Shown piece after piece: positions 28,737-37,317 of a stretch of 56,544 nt of DNA (position 1 is the first letter of the stretch; each line of letters begins with the position of its first letter). The notes under the pieces were generated by a model, which was not told the origin of the DNA, ran no database searches, and saw only the letters and a list, made by a program, of their open reading frames with translations. A program made the translations under genes and the position numbers. Location of the stretch: the NCBI GenBank assembly GCA_964612515.1, contig CAZTCX010000003.1, positions 1 to 56,544 of the forward strand. Direction: 5' to 3'. This stretch comes from an uncultured Lentimicrobiaceae bacterium (GTDB taxonomy: Bacteria; Bacteroidota; Bacteroidia; Bacteroidales; 4484-276).

Positions 28737-31682
28737 TCACCCATTCCTGGGGTCTTCCACCACGGGCAGGCGCGCCATCTTCTGCACCACCAGGCTGGGA
28801 AAGCCAAACTCCTCCTCTACTCTGCCCAAAATAAGATACACGCCATAGCCCTGAAAGTTGTATTGCCTCAATGAATTGGGAAAATGGGTGGTGTCGAAAA
28901 ATTCGCCCTCGTCGTCGATGAAAGTACCAAAGTGCATGATCTCGCCACGGACGGTCTTCACATATTTCCGCGTAACCAACTGACCGAGCATGCGCACGGT
29001 TTGCCCGACGTACTCCAACATCTCACGGGCTTTTATCTCACCTCGAAAATTGGTTTTTAATAAATCAAAATAGCTAATCGTTACGGGAAATCCGATGAGT
29101 TCTATCTCGTCGTAAGCGTCTTCCACGCTGCTGTGGTCGAGCTGTGGCAGGGTAAACTGTTTGCCGCTTACTTTGAAAAGCGTGTTTTGGATGACCTCAT
29201 TTTTTCGTTTTCCAAAAAAAAGATGTGCCTCCCACAGCAGACGGCTCTTGGTGTTGCCGGTAAAGCGCAGCGCTCCGGTGCGAATCAGCAAAATCATCTG
29301 CTCGATGCCCGGATGCACCCGCGTGACGAAATCTTCCAGATCGGCATACACGCCACTGATGCGGCGCTCCTCGACGATGCGTAGCGCCAGCTTTTGCTCC
29401 AGGTTTTGGATGTGGATAAATCCCACAAAAATTTCTTTGTCATAAATGGTCGTTTTGTACTCGCTGCGGTTGACGCACGGCAGCGCGATGGCAGCCCCGC
29501 AGCGGCGCGCTTCATTAAAATAGACCCACGTATTATAATAACCGCCAAAGTTGTTGATGACTGCCGTCATAAATTCCAACGGAAAATGTGCTTTGAGGAA
29601 AAGGCTCTGAAAGCTTTCGACGGCGTAGGATGCAGAGTGCGCTTTGGAAAAAGCATATCCGGCAAACGATTCTACCTGTCGCCACACCTCTTTGGTGGTG
29701 GCTTCGGGGCGGCCAAGCTGTAGCGACTTTTCGAAAAATCGATCCACAATCCTCTGAAACTCCTCTTTGCCGCGCATCTTGCCGCTCATAGCACGGCGCA
29801 GCACATCCGATTCGGCCAGGTCGAGGCCAGCGTAGTGATGACACACTTTGAGCACATCTTCCTGATACACCATCACACCGAAAGTTTCGCGAAGCTGTTG
29901 TTCCATCACCGGATGGAAATACTCAAAATCATTAGGATGATGAAACCTGTGGATGTATTCGCGCATCATACCCGAGCGCGCTACGCCGGGGCGCACGATG
30001 GAGCTGGCTGCTACCAGCGTCAGATAATTATCGCAGCGTAGCTTGGTGAGCAACGAACGCATAGCAGGACTTTCTATGTAAAAGCACCCGATAGTCTCGG
30101 CGCGTTTGAGCTGCGCTTTCACCTGCGCATCTTTTTTAAATTTGGGAATGTTGTGCACGTCCACCTCCAGGCCGCGGTTGCGCCGGATGATGTCGGCACA
30201 TTCTTTAATATGTCCGATGCCACGCTGACTTAGGATGTCCATCTTTTCAAAACCCAGCTCCTCGGCCACATACATGTCCCACTGGGTTGTCGGGAAACCT
30301 TTGGGCGGCATGTCCAACGCGGTGTAGCAGGTGATGGGTTCTTCGGAGATGAGCACTCCACCGGCGTGAATGCTGCGCAGGTTCGGGAAATCTGTCATGC
30401 GGGCAGCTACCTGAAGCACTTGTGCGGTAATGCTGTCGTGCTGCTTCCTCTGACGCTCCGGAAAATCTACCAGAGTGTCAATCTCTGCTTTGGGCAGCCC
30501 GAAAGCTTTGCCTATTTCACGGATCGGAGATTTGTCGCGGAACGTAGAAATGGTTCCCATCAGCGCGGTGTGCTCGCGGCCATAGCGCTTAAAGATGTAG
30601 TCGATCACCTCATCGCGTTCTTTCCACGAATAATCGATATCAAAATCTGGCGGGCTGGTGCGTTTGGGATTGATAAAACGTTCAAAATACAAATCAAGCT
30701 CAATGGGGTCAACATCCGTAATTTTCAGGCAATAAGCCACCACGCTGTTGGCACCACTCCCCCGCCCCACATGATAAAATCCGCGCGACATCGAGTAACG
30801 CACAATGTCCCACGCCATTAGGAAATACGACGAAAAGCCAAGCTTATCGATGATGGCCAGCTCATGACGGATGCGTTCGGCGGCTGTTTTGTCGGCAGCG
30901 CTATAGCGATATTTCATGCCGTCGTAAGCCAGTTTTTCGAGCAGCATCTTGTCGCTGCAGCGTGTATCGGTGAAAATCTGTTTGTTTTTTACAGTTTTAA
31001 AATCAAAATCTATCGAGCAGTCGTCCAGGATTTTTTCGGTATTAATAATAAGTTGAGGATAATCGGAAAATTGCTTTCGCAGATCATCGGGCGTGCGCAT
31101 CATCTCATCAGCCGCAGCCACATCGGCTTCGGTGAGTTTGCTGATGAGCGTATTTTTATGAATAGCCCGCAGGTTGCGATGCAACAAATAGTCGTCGTGA
31201 TCACGGAAAGTAACCGGAGCCCAAACGAGCAATTTGGACTGCCGGCCGGCAAATTGGGAAGTTATCAGCCTCCGTACCTGCGCAGGTTTTACACCAATAA
31301 ATTCATTGTCTTCCAACTTTCGTTGAGGCGCCAGCTCCAACGGCCACACCACATACGCATCATCAAAAGCTGGAGGCGCATCGGGCAAGTCAAGTTTTTG
31401 AAGGCTGTAATGGGTATAAAATTCATTGATCTGGCGAAAGCCGGCATTGTTGCGCGCCAGCAAAGTGTAAAGTACTTTATCGTCGCGCCGGCACTCCATC
31501 CCTGCGATGGGTTTGATGCTTTGTTGGCGGCATGCTTTCACAAAGTCGATGGTACCGGTGGAGTTATTGATATCGGTAAGCGCCAGGGCTGAGTGACCAT
31601 GACGGGCAGCATCTACAACCAGCTCCTCAATAGAATAGGTGCCATAGCGCAGACTGTAATATGAATGAGCGTTGAGAATCAA
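28737..31682 (-). CDS. dnaE2: DNA polymerase III alpha-subunit homologue, short error-prone DnaE2/ImuC-like type
   Basis: 981 aa. N-terminal PHP domain (LNAHSYYSLRYGT...ALTDINN), pol III alpha core and a C-terminal OB region. It is shorter than replicative DnaE, and the N-terminus matches the DnaE2-type pattern as I remember it. TTG start. Confidence 0.7.
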   Translation of the reverse strand: MILNAHSYYSLRYGTYSIEELVVDAARHGHSALALTDINNSTGTIDFVKACRQQSIKPIAGMECRRDDKVLYTLLARNNAGFRQINEFYTHYSLQKLDLPDAPPAFDDAYVVWPLELAPQRKLEDNEFIGVKPAQVRRLITSQFAGRQSKLLVWAPVTFRDHDDYLLHRNLRAIHKNTLISKLTEADVAAADEMMRTPDDLRKQFSDYPQLIINTEKILDDCSIDFDFKTVKNKQIFTDTRCSDKMLLEKLAYDGMKYRYSAADKTAAERIRHELAIIDKLGFSSYFLMAWDIVRYSMSRGFYHVGRGSGANSVVAYCLKITDVDPIELDLYFERFINPKRTSPPDFDIDYSWKERDEVIDYIFKRYGREHTALMGTISTFRDKSPIREIGKAFGLPKAEIDTLVDFPERQRKQHDSITAQVLQVAARMTDFPNLRSIHAGGVLISEEPITCYTALDMPPKGFPTTQWDMYVAEELGFEKMDILSQRGIGHIKECADIIRRNRGLEVDVHNIPKFKKDAQVKAQLKRAETIGCFYIESPAMRSLLTKLRCDNYLTLVAASSIVRPGVARSGMMREYIHRFHHPNDFEYFHPVMEQQLRETFGVMVYQEDVLKVCHHYAGLDLAESDVLRRAMSGKMRGKEEFQRIVDRFFEKSLQLGRPEATTKEVWRQVESFAGYAFSKAHSASYAVESFQSLFLKAHFPLEFMTAVINNFGGYYNTWVYFNEARRCGAAIALPCVNRSEYKTTIYDKEIFVGFIHIQNLEQKLALRIVEERRISGVYADLEDFVTRVHPGIEQMILLIRTGALRFTGNTKSRLLWEAHLFFGKRKNEVIQNTLFKVSGKQFTLPQLDHSSVEDAYDEIELIGFPVTISYFDLLKTNFRGEIKAREMLEYVGQTVRMLGQLVTRKYVKTVRGEIMHFGTFIDDEGEFFDTTHFPNSLRQYNFQGYGVYLILGRVEEEFGFPSLVVQKMARLPVVEDPRNG

Positions 31683-31948
31683 AGGGATACTTTGTTAATG
31701 TTTAGATTATAATCATTTTTGGAGCTACAAGATAAACAAGAATTGATAAACTAGAAGAAGTTGTTGGATTGTGAAGTAAAGAAAAAGCAGGGCGCAAAGA
31801 GCAGGAAATAATATCGAAAGTTGAAATATTAAAAAGAACTATTGACTGCTGTCTGCCTTTGCTGACGTTGAACACCGACTCCTCCCGGAATTAACGAATT
31901 TTATCTAAACTCTTGTTAATGCTTCAGAGGCTGCGTTATCAATCAAAT

Positions 31949-31956
31949 TACTTTTG
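31949..31956 (+). promoter_or_regulatory. -7 box (TACTTTTG) upstream of pruA
   Basis: Exact TAnnTTTG match 33 nt upstream of the ATG at 31989. Confidence 0.45.
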
Positions 31957-31988
31957 CTCCTTATTAATTACACCAAAAAAATAAAGAT

Positions 31989-33617
31989 ATGTCACGAGGA
32001 AGTTTCAGCATACCAAAAGCACAAAACGAATCAGTGCTGAGCTACGCTCCGGGCAGCCCCGAACGCGCAGCCGTAAAAGCAATGATCGCAAAATTAAGAT
32101 CCACACCTGTGGACATCCCTATGTATATTGGCAGTCAGCAGATTCGTACCAACGACAAGCGTGAGATTCGTGCGCCGCACGATCATTCGCAGTTGCTGGG
32201 ACATTATTATATGGGTGGCAAAGAACATGTGGAGCAAGCCATCAGCGCCGCGCTGGAAGTACGTCGCCACTGGCAGTCGCTGCCGTGGCACCAACGCGCC
32301 AGCATTTTCCTTAAAGCTGCCGACTTGATTTCGGGTTCCTATCGCGCCAAAATAAATGCAGCCACTATGTTGGGGCAGTCCAAAAACGTGTATCAGGCTG
32401 AGATTGATGCCGCCTGTGAAACGGCAGATTTCCTGCGTTTCAACGTGCAGTATATGGCGTCGATTTATCAGGAGCAGCCGATTTCGTCAAAAGGCGTGTG
32501 GAACCGCATGGAGCACCGCCCGCTCGAAGGGTTCGTTTACGCTCTTACGCCCTTCAATTTTACTTCCATTGCTGCCAATCTCCCCACAGCACCCGCCATG
32601 ATGGGCAACGTGGTAGTGTGGAAACCTTCTTCCACACAGATTTATTCGGCTGCGGTGATCATGGAAATTTTGCGCAAAGCAGGTTTGCCGGATGGTGTTA
32701 TAAATATGGTGAACGTTCCAGGCCCTGTGGGTGGCAAAGTTATGTCGCAGCATCCTGATTTCGTAGGCGTGCATTTCACGGGTTCCACCGAAGTCTTTAA
32801 AAAAGTATGGAAGGCTATCGGCGACAATGTTATGATTCATAATACCTATCCGCGCATTGTTGGCGAAACGGGAGGCAAAGACTTTGTGATGGTGCACTCC
32901 TCCGCCGATGCGCATCAGGTGGCTACGGCACTTTCGCGCGGCGCCTTCGAATATCAGGGGCAGAAATGCTCGGCAGCTTCCCGGGCATACATTCCACGTT
33001 CGCTGTGGCCAGCAATAAAAGAGCATGTTGTTGCCGATCTTAAATCTTTCAAAATGGGAAGCCCTGAGGATTTTCGGAATTTTATTAATGCAGTGATCGA
33101 CGAGCCTTCCTTTGATAAAATTGCCGGCTACATCGACCGCGCCAAAAGCGATGGTCTGGAAGTGGTTGCAGGCGGCACGTATGATAAGTCCAAAGGTTAT
33201 TTCATTGCTCCCACTGTCCTGCTCACCGACGACCCGAAATACGTGACCATGCAGGAAGAAATCTTTGGTCCGGTGCTGACTGTTTATGTTTACGACGACG
33301 ACAAGTACGAAGAAACGTTGCATCTGGTTGACAAAACCTCACCTTACGCACTCACAGGCGCTATCTTTGCGCTCGACAGATACGCGGTTGAGCTTGCCTC
33401 GGAAATACTGCTGCATGCCGCCGGAAATTTCTATATCAACGACAAACCCACGGGCGCTGTTGTAGGGCAGCAGCCGTTTGGCGGCGCACGTGCGTCGGGC
33501 ACCAACGATAAGTCGGGCAGCTACTTAAACCTGCTGCGGTGGGTTTCGGCACGCTCCATCAAAGAAAATTTTGATCCGCCCACCGACTACCGATATCCTT
33601 TCATGGATGAAGAATAG
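31989..33617 (+). CDS. pruA: L-glutamate gamma-semialdehyde (1-pyrroline-5-carboxylate) dehydrogenase
   Basis: Aldehyde dehydrogenase fold with catalytic Glu (VGETGGKDF) and Cys (GQKCSAASR) contexts. Length and termini are typical of PruA/RocA. Confidence 0.85.
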   Translation: MSRGSFSIPKAQNESVLSYAPGSPERAAVKAMIAKLRSTPVDIPMYIGSQQIRTNDKREIRAPHDHSQLLGHYYMGGKEHVEQAISAALEVRRHWQSLPWHQRASIFLKAADLISGSYRAKINAATMLGQSKNVYQAEIDAACETADFLRFNVQYMASIYQEQPISSKGVWNRMEHRPLEGFVYALTPFNFTSIAANLPTAPAMMGNVVVWKPSSTQIYSAAVIMEILRKAGLPDGVINMVNVPGPVGGKVMSQHPDFVGVHFTGSTEVFKKVWKAIGDNVMIHNTYPRIVGETGGKDFVMVHSSADAHQVATALSRGAFEYQGQKCSAASRAYIPRSLWPAIKEHVVADLKSFKMGSPEDFRNFINAVIDEPSFDKIAGYIDRAKSDGLEVVAGGTYDKSKGYFIAPTVLLTDDPKYVTMQEEIFGPVLTVYVYDDDKYEETLHLVDKTSPYALTGAIFALDRYAVELASEILLHAAGNFYINDKPTGAVVGQQPFGGARASGTNDKSGSYLNLLRWVSARSIKENFDPPTDYRYPFMDEE

Positions 33618-33661
33618 ATTAAAAAATTGTTTCCGCTGCATGTTTCCTATCAAAAAATATA

Positions 33662-33669
33662 TACTTTTG
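33662..33669 (+). promoter_or_regulatory. -7 box (TACTTTTG) upstream of the YfgM-like TPR gene
   Basis: Exact TAnnTTTG match 26 nt upstream of the ATG at 33695. Confidence 0.45.
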
Positions 33670-33694
33670 CACCTCAAAATTTGAAGTAAAAGTT

Positions 33695-34381
33695 ATGGCT
33701 AAAAAAACCACGAGAGCAGAGGAAAACATTCAAGCCGTTGAGGAAGCATTAAGCAGAACCGAACGCTTTATCGAGGATCACCAAAAACCGATACTCACCG
33801 TCATTGGTGTGTTGGTAGTAATCATTCTTGCATTTTTTGCTTTTCAGCGATTTTATCTCTATCCCAAAGAGCGCACCGCACAGGAGCAGATATTCATGGC
33901 ACAGAAATATTTCGGCGAGGATTCCCTTAATCTGGCGCTTAACGGCGACGGAATCAACCCGGGTTTTCTCGACATCATCGACGATTACAAATGGACAGAG
34001 TCGGCCAACCTGGCGCATTATTATGCAGGTATCATCTACGTAAAGCAAGGCGAATATCAGGCTGCCATCGATCAACTTAAGAAGTTTAGTTCTGATGATG
34101 TGCTGGTTCAGTCGATGGCCTATGGCGCTACCGGCGACAGCTACATGCAGCTCGGTAAATCCGATAAGGCAATCGAGTATTATAAAAAAGCGTCTGACAA
34201 AGGTGAAAATGAGCTTACCTCACCAGCATTTCTGATGAAAGCAGGATGGGCTTACGAGATTCTTGGAGACTACAAAAAAGCCGTAGAGGTTTACAAGCAG
34301 ATCAAAGACAAATATCCCAGAAGCCAGGAGGCAAGAGAGATCGATAAGTCGATTGGCTATGCTGAAGGGATGATCAAATAA
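33695..34381 (+). CDS. Membrane-anchored TPR protein (YfgM-like)
   Basis: N-terminal cytoplasmic segment, one TM helix (ILTVIGVLVVIILAFFAF), then TPR-like repeats (AHYYAGIIYVKQGEYQAAI, AYEILGDYKKAVEVYKQI). Confidence 0.6.
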   Translation: MAKKTTRAEENIQAVEEALSRTERFIEDHQKPILTVIGVLVVIILAFFAFQRFYLYPKERTAQEQIFMAQKYFGEDSLNLALNGDGINPGFLDIIDDYKWTESANLAHYYAGIIYVKQGEYQAAIDQLKKFSSDDVLVQSMAYGATGDSYMQLGKSDKAIEYYKKASDKGENELTSPAFLMKAGWAYEILGDYKKAVEVYKQIKDKYPRSQEAREIDKSIGYAEGMIK

Positions 34382-34402
34382 AATATTGACTAAAAAATGA
34401 CG

Positions 34403-34437
34403 AATACCTGTTCAAACTACGAACAGGTATTTTTTTT
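34403..34437 (+). terminator. Rho-independent terminator after the YfgM-like TPR gene
   Basis: AATACCTGTTC ... GAACAGGTATT stem followed by a T7 run. It ends 12 nt before the fmt ATG. Confidence 0.8.
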
Positions 34438-34448
34438 ATCTTGTCGCC

Positions 34449-35420
34449 ATGAATAAAAAGCTACGGATCGTTTTTATGGGCACGCCGGAATTTGCGGTAG
34501 CTTCGCTGGAAGCCTTGCTGGCGGCTGGCTTTGAAATAGCGGCAGTAGTTACAGCACCCGACAAGCCCGCAGGACGTGGCAAAAAAATGATGCAGTCGGC
34601 AGTAAAAATTGCAGCATTAAAGCACGGGCTCACGGTGCTACAACCCGAAAGACTCAAAGCTCCCGAATTTGTGGAAACATTCAGAGCATTGCGTGCCGAT
34701 CTTGGCGTGGTGGTAGCTTTCCGCATGCTGCCGGAAGTAATCTGGGCCATGCCACGGCTGGGAACCATTAACCTGCATGCTTCGCTCCTGCCCGATTACA
34801 GAGGTGCAGCACCCATCAATCACGCCATCATTAATGGCGAAACGGAAACGGGTATCACTACTTTTTTCCTTCAGCATGAGATTGATACCGGCGACATTAT
34901 TTTTAGTGAGAAAATGCCGATAGGACCTACCGAAACTGCTGGTGAGCTTCACGACCGGCTAATGCATGCAGGAGCAACGTTGGTGGTGAGGAGTGCCGAA
35001 GCCATCAGTCAGGGGGATTTCATAAAACAAAGCCAGCAATGGCCAGCACAAATGAATCGGCTACCTCACCAGGCCCCCAAAATCTTTAAAGAAGATACCC
35101 GGATCAACTGGGAAAATCCGGTAAAAAAAATATACGATAAAATAAGAGGGCTAAGTCCCTACCCCACTGCCACCGCGACTTTCAGAAGTCCGGAGGGATT
35201 GATATTTCCTGTTAAAATATACAGCGCAACTTACGAAACCTCCCCTACCACAAGAGCTGCAGGAAGTATCGCCACCGACTCCAAAACGTATTTGAGGATA
35301 TATGCTGAAGATGGCTTTTTGGAGATACTCGAGCTTCAAATGGCTAGCAAGTCGAGGATGAGCGCCAGAGACTTTCTCAACGGATTTGAAATTACGAATG
35401 ACTGGAAAGCGATGTCATAA
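34449..35420 (+). CDS. fmt: Methionyl-tRNA formyltransferase
   Basis: MGTPEFAV..., the HASLLPDYRGAAPI active-site motif and a C-terminal tRNA-binding domain. Confidence 0.92.
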   Translation: MNKKLRIVFMGTPEFAVASLEALLAAGFEIAAVVTAPDKPAGRGKKMMQSAVKIAALKHGLTVLQPERLKAPEFVETFRALRADLGVVVAFRMLPEVIWAMPRLGTINLHASLLPDYRGAAPINHAIINGETETGITTFFLQHEIDTGDIIFSEKMPIGPTETAGELHDRLMHAGATLVVRSAEAISQGDFIKQSQQWPAQMNRLPHQAPKIFKEDTRINWENPVKKIYDKIRGLSPYPTATATFRSPEGLIFPVKIYSATYETSPTTRAAGSIATDSKTYLRIYAEDGFLEILELQMASKSRMSARDFLNGFEITNDWKAMS

Positions 35421-35528
35421 GCACCGAATAACGCTGTATCCCTCTGAAATTAAGGATTTTTAACGTGCTTTATTAACAAAACCGCTAATTTATTAACAAA
35501 AAAATATTTTTTAACAGGTATAACTTGC

Positions 35529-35536
35529 TACTTTTG
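35529..35536 (+). promoter_or_regulatory. -7 box (TACTTTTG) upstream of hup
   Basis: Exact TAnnTTTG match 62 nt upstream of the ATG at 35598. Confidence 0.45.
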
Positions 35537-35597
35537 CGGTTTGACTTATATTTGTATTCGATTTGAAAATTTATTGTTAATCAAATTTTTTTATACC

Positions 35598-35870
35598 ATG
35601 AACAAAGCAGAATTAATTGATGCAATGGCCAGTGAGGCTAACATCACCAAAGCAGAAGCAAAAAAAGCACTTGATGCTTTTGTAAAAACCACAGGCGAAG
35701 CCCTGGCCAAAGGCGACAGAGTTGCATTGGTAGGCTTCGGGTCGTTTAGCGTTGCTACGCGCGCTGCACGTACCGGCCGTAATCCACAAACCGGAAAAGA
35801 ACTGAAAATTGCTGCCAAGAAGGTCGTAAAATTCAAAGCCGGATCAGAACTAGCCGATACCGTTGCTTAA
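35598..35870 (+). CDS. hup: DNA-binding protein HU
   Basis: 90 aa: [11 protein letters not shown]...[37 protein letters not shown]. Start trimmed to the ATG at 35598, downstream of a TACTTTTG box at 35529. Confidence 0.9.
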   Translation: MNKAELIDAMASEANITKAEAKKALDAFVKTTGEALAKGDRVALVGFGSFSVATRAARTGRNPQTGKELKIAAKKVVKFKAGSELADTVA

Positions 35871-35890
35871 GCTAAGCATGAAAACAAGAA

Positions 35891-35921
35891 AGCCCTGGGA
35901 GATTTCCCGGGGTTTTTTTTT
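35891..35921 (+). terminator. Rho-independent terminator after hup (between convergent hup and mpg)
   Basis: CCCTGGGA ... TCCCGGGG stem followed by a T9 run. Confidence 0.8.
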
Positions 35922-35924
35922 GTT

Positions 35925-36536
35925 TTATTCTACCACAAAGCGATAGGGCAATGCAGCATCAGCACCCGCATACTCCACACCAATGCGAGGCGTAGCCTTG
36001 ATTGTATCCTTCGGAAAAGCAATCTGATGATCTTCTATAAACACCTTCCCATCCTTATCAGTAAGCGATAAACCTGAATGGGAATAGTGGATACCTAAAA
36101 GTTTAGAAACATTTCCGGGGCCAATACCAAAGGTCTTGCTTGGGCGCTCTCGACCTGCCCGTTTCAGCATGATCTCTTCACCTTCTAACGGACGAATGGC
36201 ACGGATCAGCACGGCATTTGGAACTCCGATAACATTTGTCACCACGTTGAAGAGCGAATGAATGCCATAGCAGAGATACACGTACGCATATCCCCCTGCG
36301 CCATACATAATCTCGGTACGCGCCGTGCGACGGTCGTTCCAGGCATGGGATGCACGATCGATAATTCCGGCATAAGCTTCTGTTTCGGTGATGATACCTG
36401 CAGTACGTTGCCCGTCAAAATTCGTAACCAGTACTTTCCCAATAAGTTCATAAGAAATCGCAACCACATCCGGGCGTAGGTAAAAATCGCTGCTGAGAAT
36501 CGTTGGAGTATCTGAAGGTTGAAACTTTTGAAGCAT
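35925..36536 (-). CDS. mpg: DNA-3-methyladenine glycosylase (Mpg/AAG family)
   Basis: LGKVLV...GIITETEAYAG..DRASHA...RT.RTEIMYGAGGYAYVYLCYGIHSLFNVV matches the AAG family. Start trimmed to the ATG at 36536, 4 nt after the upstream gene's stop. Confidence 0.85.
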   Translation of the reverse strand: MLQKFQPSDTPTILSSDFYLRPDVVAISYELIGKVLVTNFDGQRTAGIITETEAYAGIIDRASHAWNDRRTARTEIMYGAGGYAYVYLCYGIHSLFNVVTNVIGVPNAVLIRAIRPLEGEEIMLKRAGRERPSKTFGIGPGNVSKLLGIHYSHSGLSLTDKDGKVFIEDHQIAFPKDTIKATPRIGVEYAGADAALPYRFVVE

Positions 36537-36540
36537 ATCG

Positions 36541-37290
36541 TTAAGTTTTGGGTGCATAAAGCCGCGCACGAATGATGCCTTTCCGATGTAAATAGTGGAG
36601 CATTGAAGTTTGAAGGACACCTAAGCCATACTTGATGCTGCGCTGGAAATTGATACTTGATGCATCATCGAAATATTTTGTGGGGCAAGTTATTTCGCCT
36701 ATTTCGTAACCCAGCATAAAAATCTGAGATAGCATCTGATTATCAAAAACAAAGTCATCTGAGTTGTTTTCAAAATTGACACTTTGAAGTACTTCCCGGG
36801 AAAATGCGCGGTAGCCGGAATGATATTCTGAGAGCTTGCGATCGAGCAGGATGTTTTGCACAAATGTCAGCAGGCGGTTGGCAACATATTTATAAAATGG
36901 CATTCCTCCTTTTAACGCACCACGGCCGAGGATACGGGAGCCCATTACCACCGGATAAATGTTGTTGGCGATTACATACACCATCGAAGGGATAAGGCGC
37001 GGAGTGTACTGATAGTCGGGGTGCAGCATCACCACAATGTCGGCTCCAAGTTCGAGTGCCTTTTTATAACAGGATTTCTGATTTCCGCCGTAGCCAGTAT
37101 TGGCGGGATGTATCACGATGTGTCGGATACCAATGCGCTGTGCCACTTCCACAGTATCATCGGGACTGTGGTCATCCACTATCACCACCTCATCCACGAT
37201 ATCATGAGGAATTTCGCGGTACGTGTTTTCAAGTGTTTTGCCGGCTTTGTAAGCTGGCAGTACTACAACTACTTTTTTATTATTAATCAT
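36541..37290 (-). CDS. Family-2 glycosyltransferase (polyprenol-phosphate sugar transferase-like)
   Basis: VVVVLPAYKAGKTL, the DDHSPDDT (DxD-type) motif and overall GT2 layout. 249 aa. Confidence 0.85.
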   Translation of the reverse strand: MINNKKVVVVLPAYKAGKTLENTYREIPHDIVDEVVIVDDHSPDDTVEVAQRIGIRHIVIHPANTGYGGNQKSCYKKALELGADIVVMLHPDYQYTPRLIPSMVYVIANNIYPVVMGSRILGRGALKGGMPFYKYVANRLLTFVQNILLDRKLSEYHSGYRAFSREVLQSVNFENNSDDFVFDNQMLSQIFMLGYEIGEITCPTKYFDDASSINFQRSIKYGLGVLQTSMLHYLHRKGIIRARLYAPKT

Positions 37291-37317
37291 TGCTAAAAAT
37301 GAATGACTGAACCCAAG

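Noticed and set aside
28592-28834. 80-aa ORF (MGCRPVGALFVSPFNITALCAALMISPRWGYNS…).
   Set aside because: It is a read-through translation of the REP-like GC hairpins, and it overlaps the 3' end of the dnaE2-like gene on the opposite strand.
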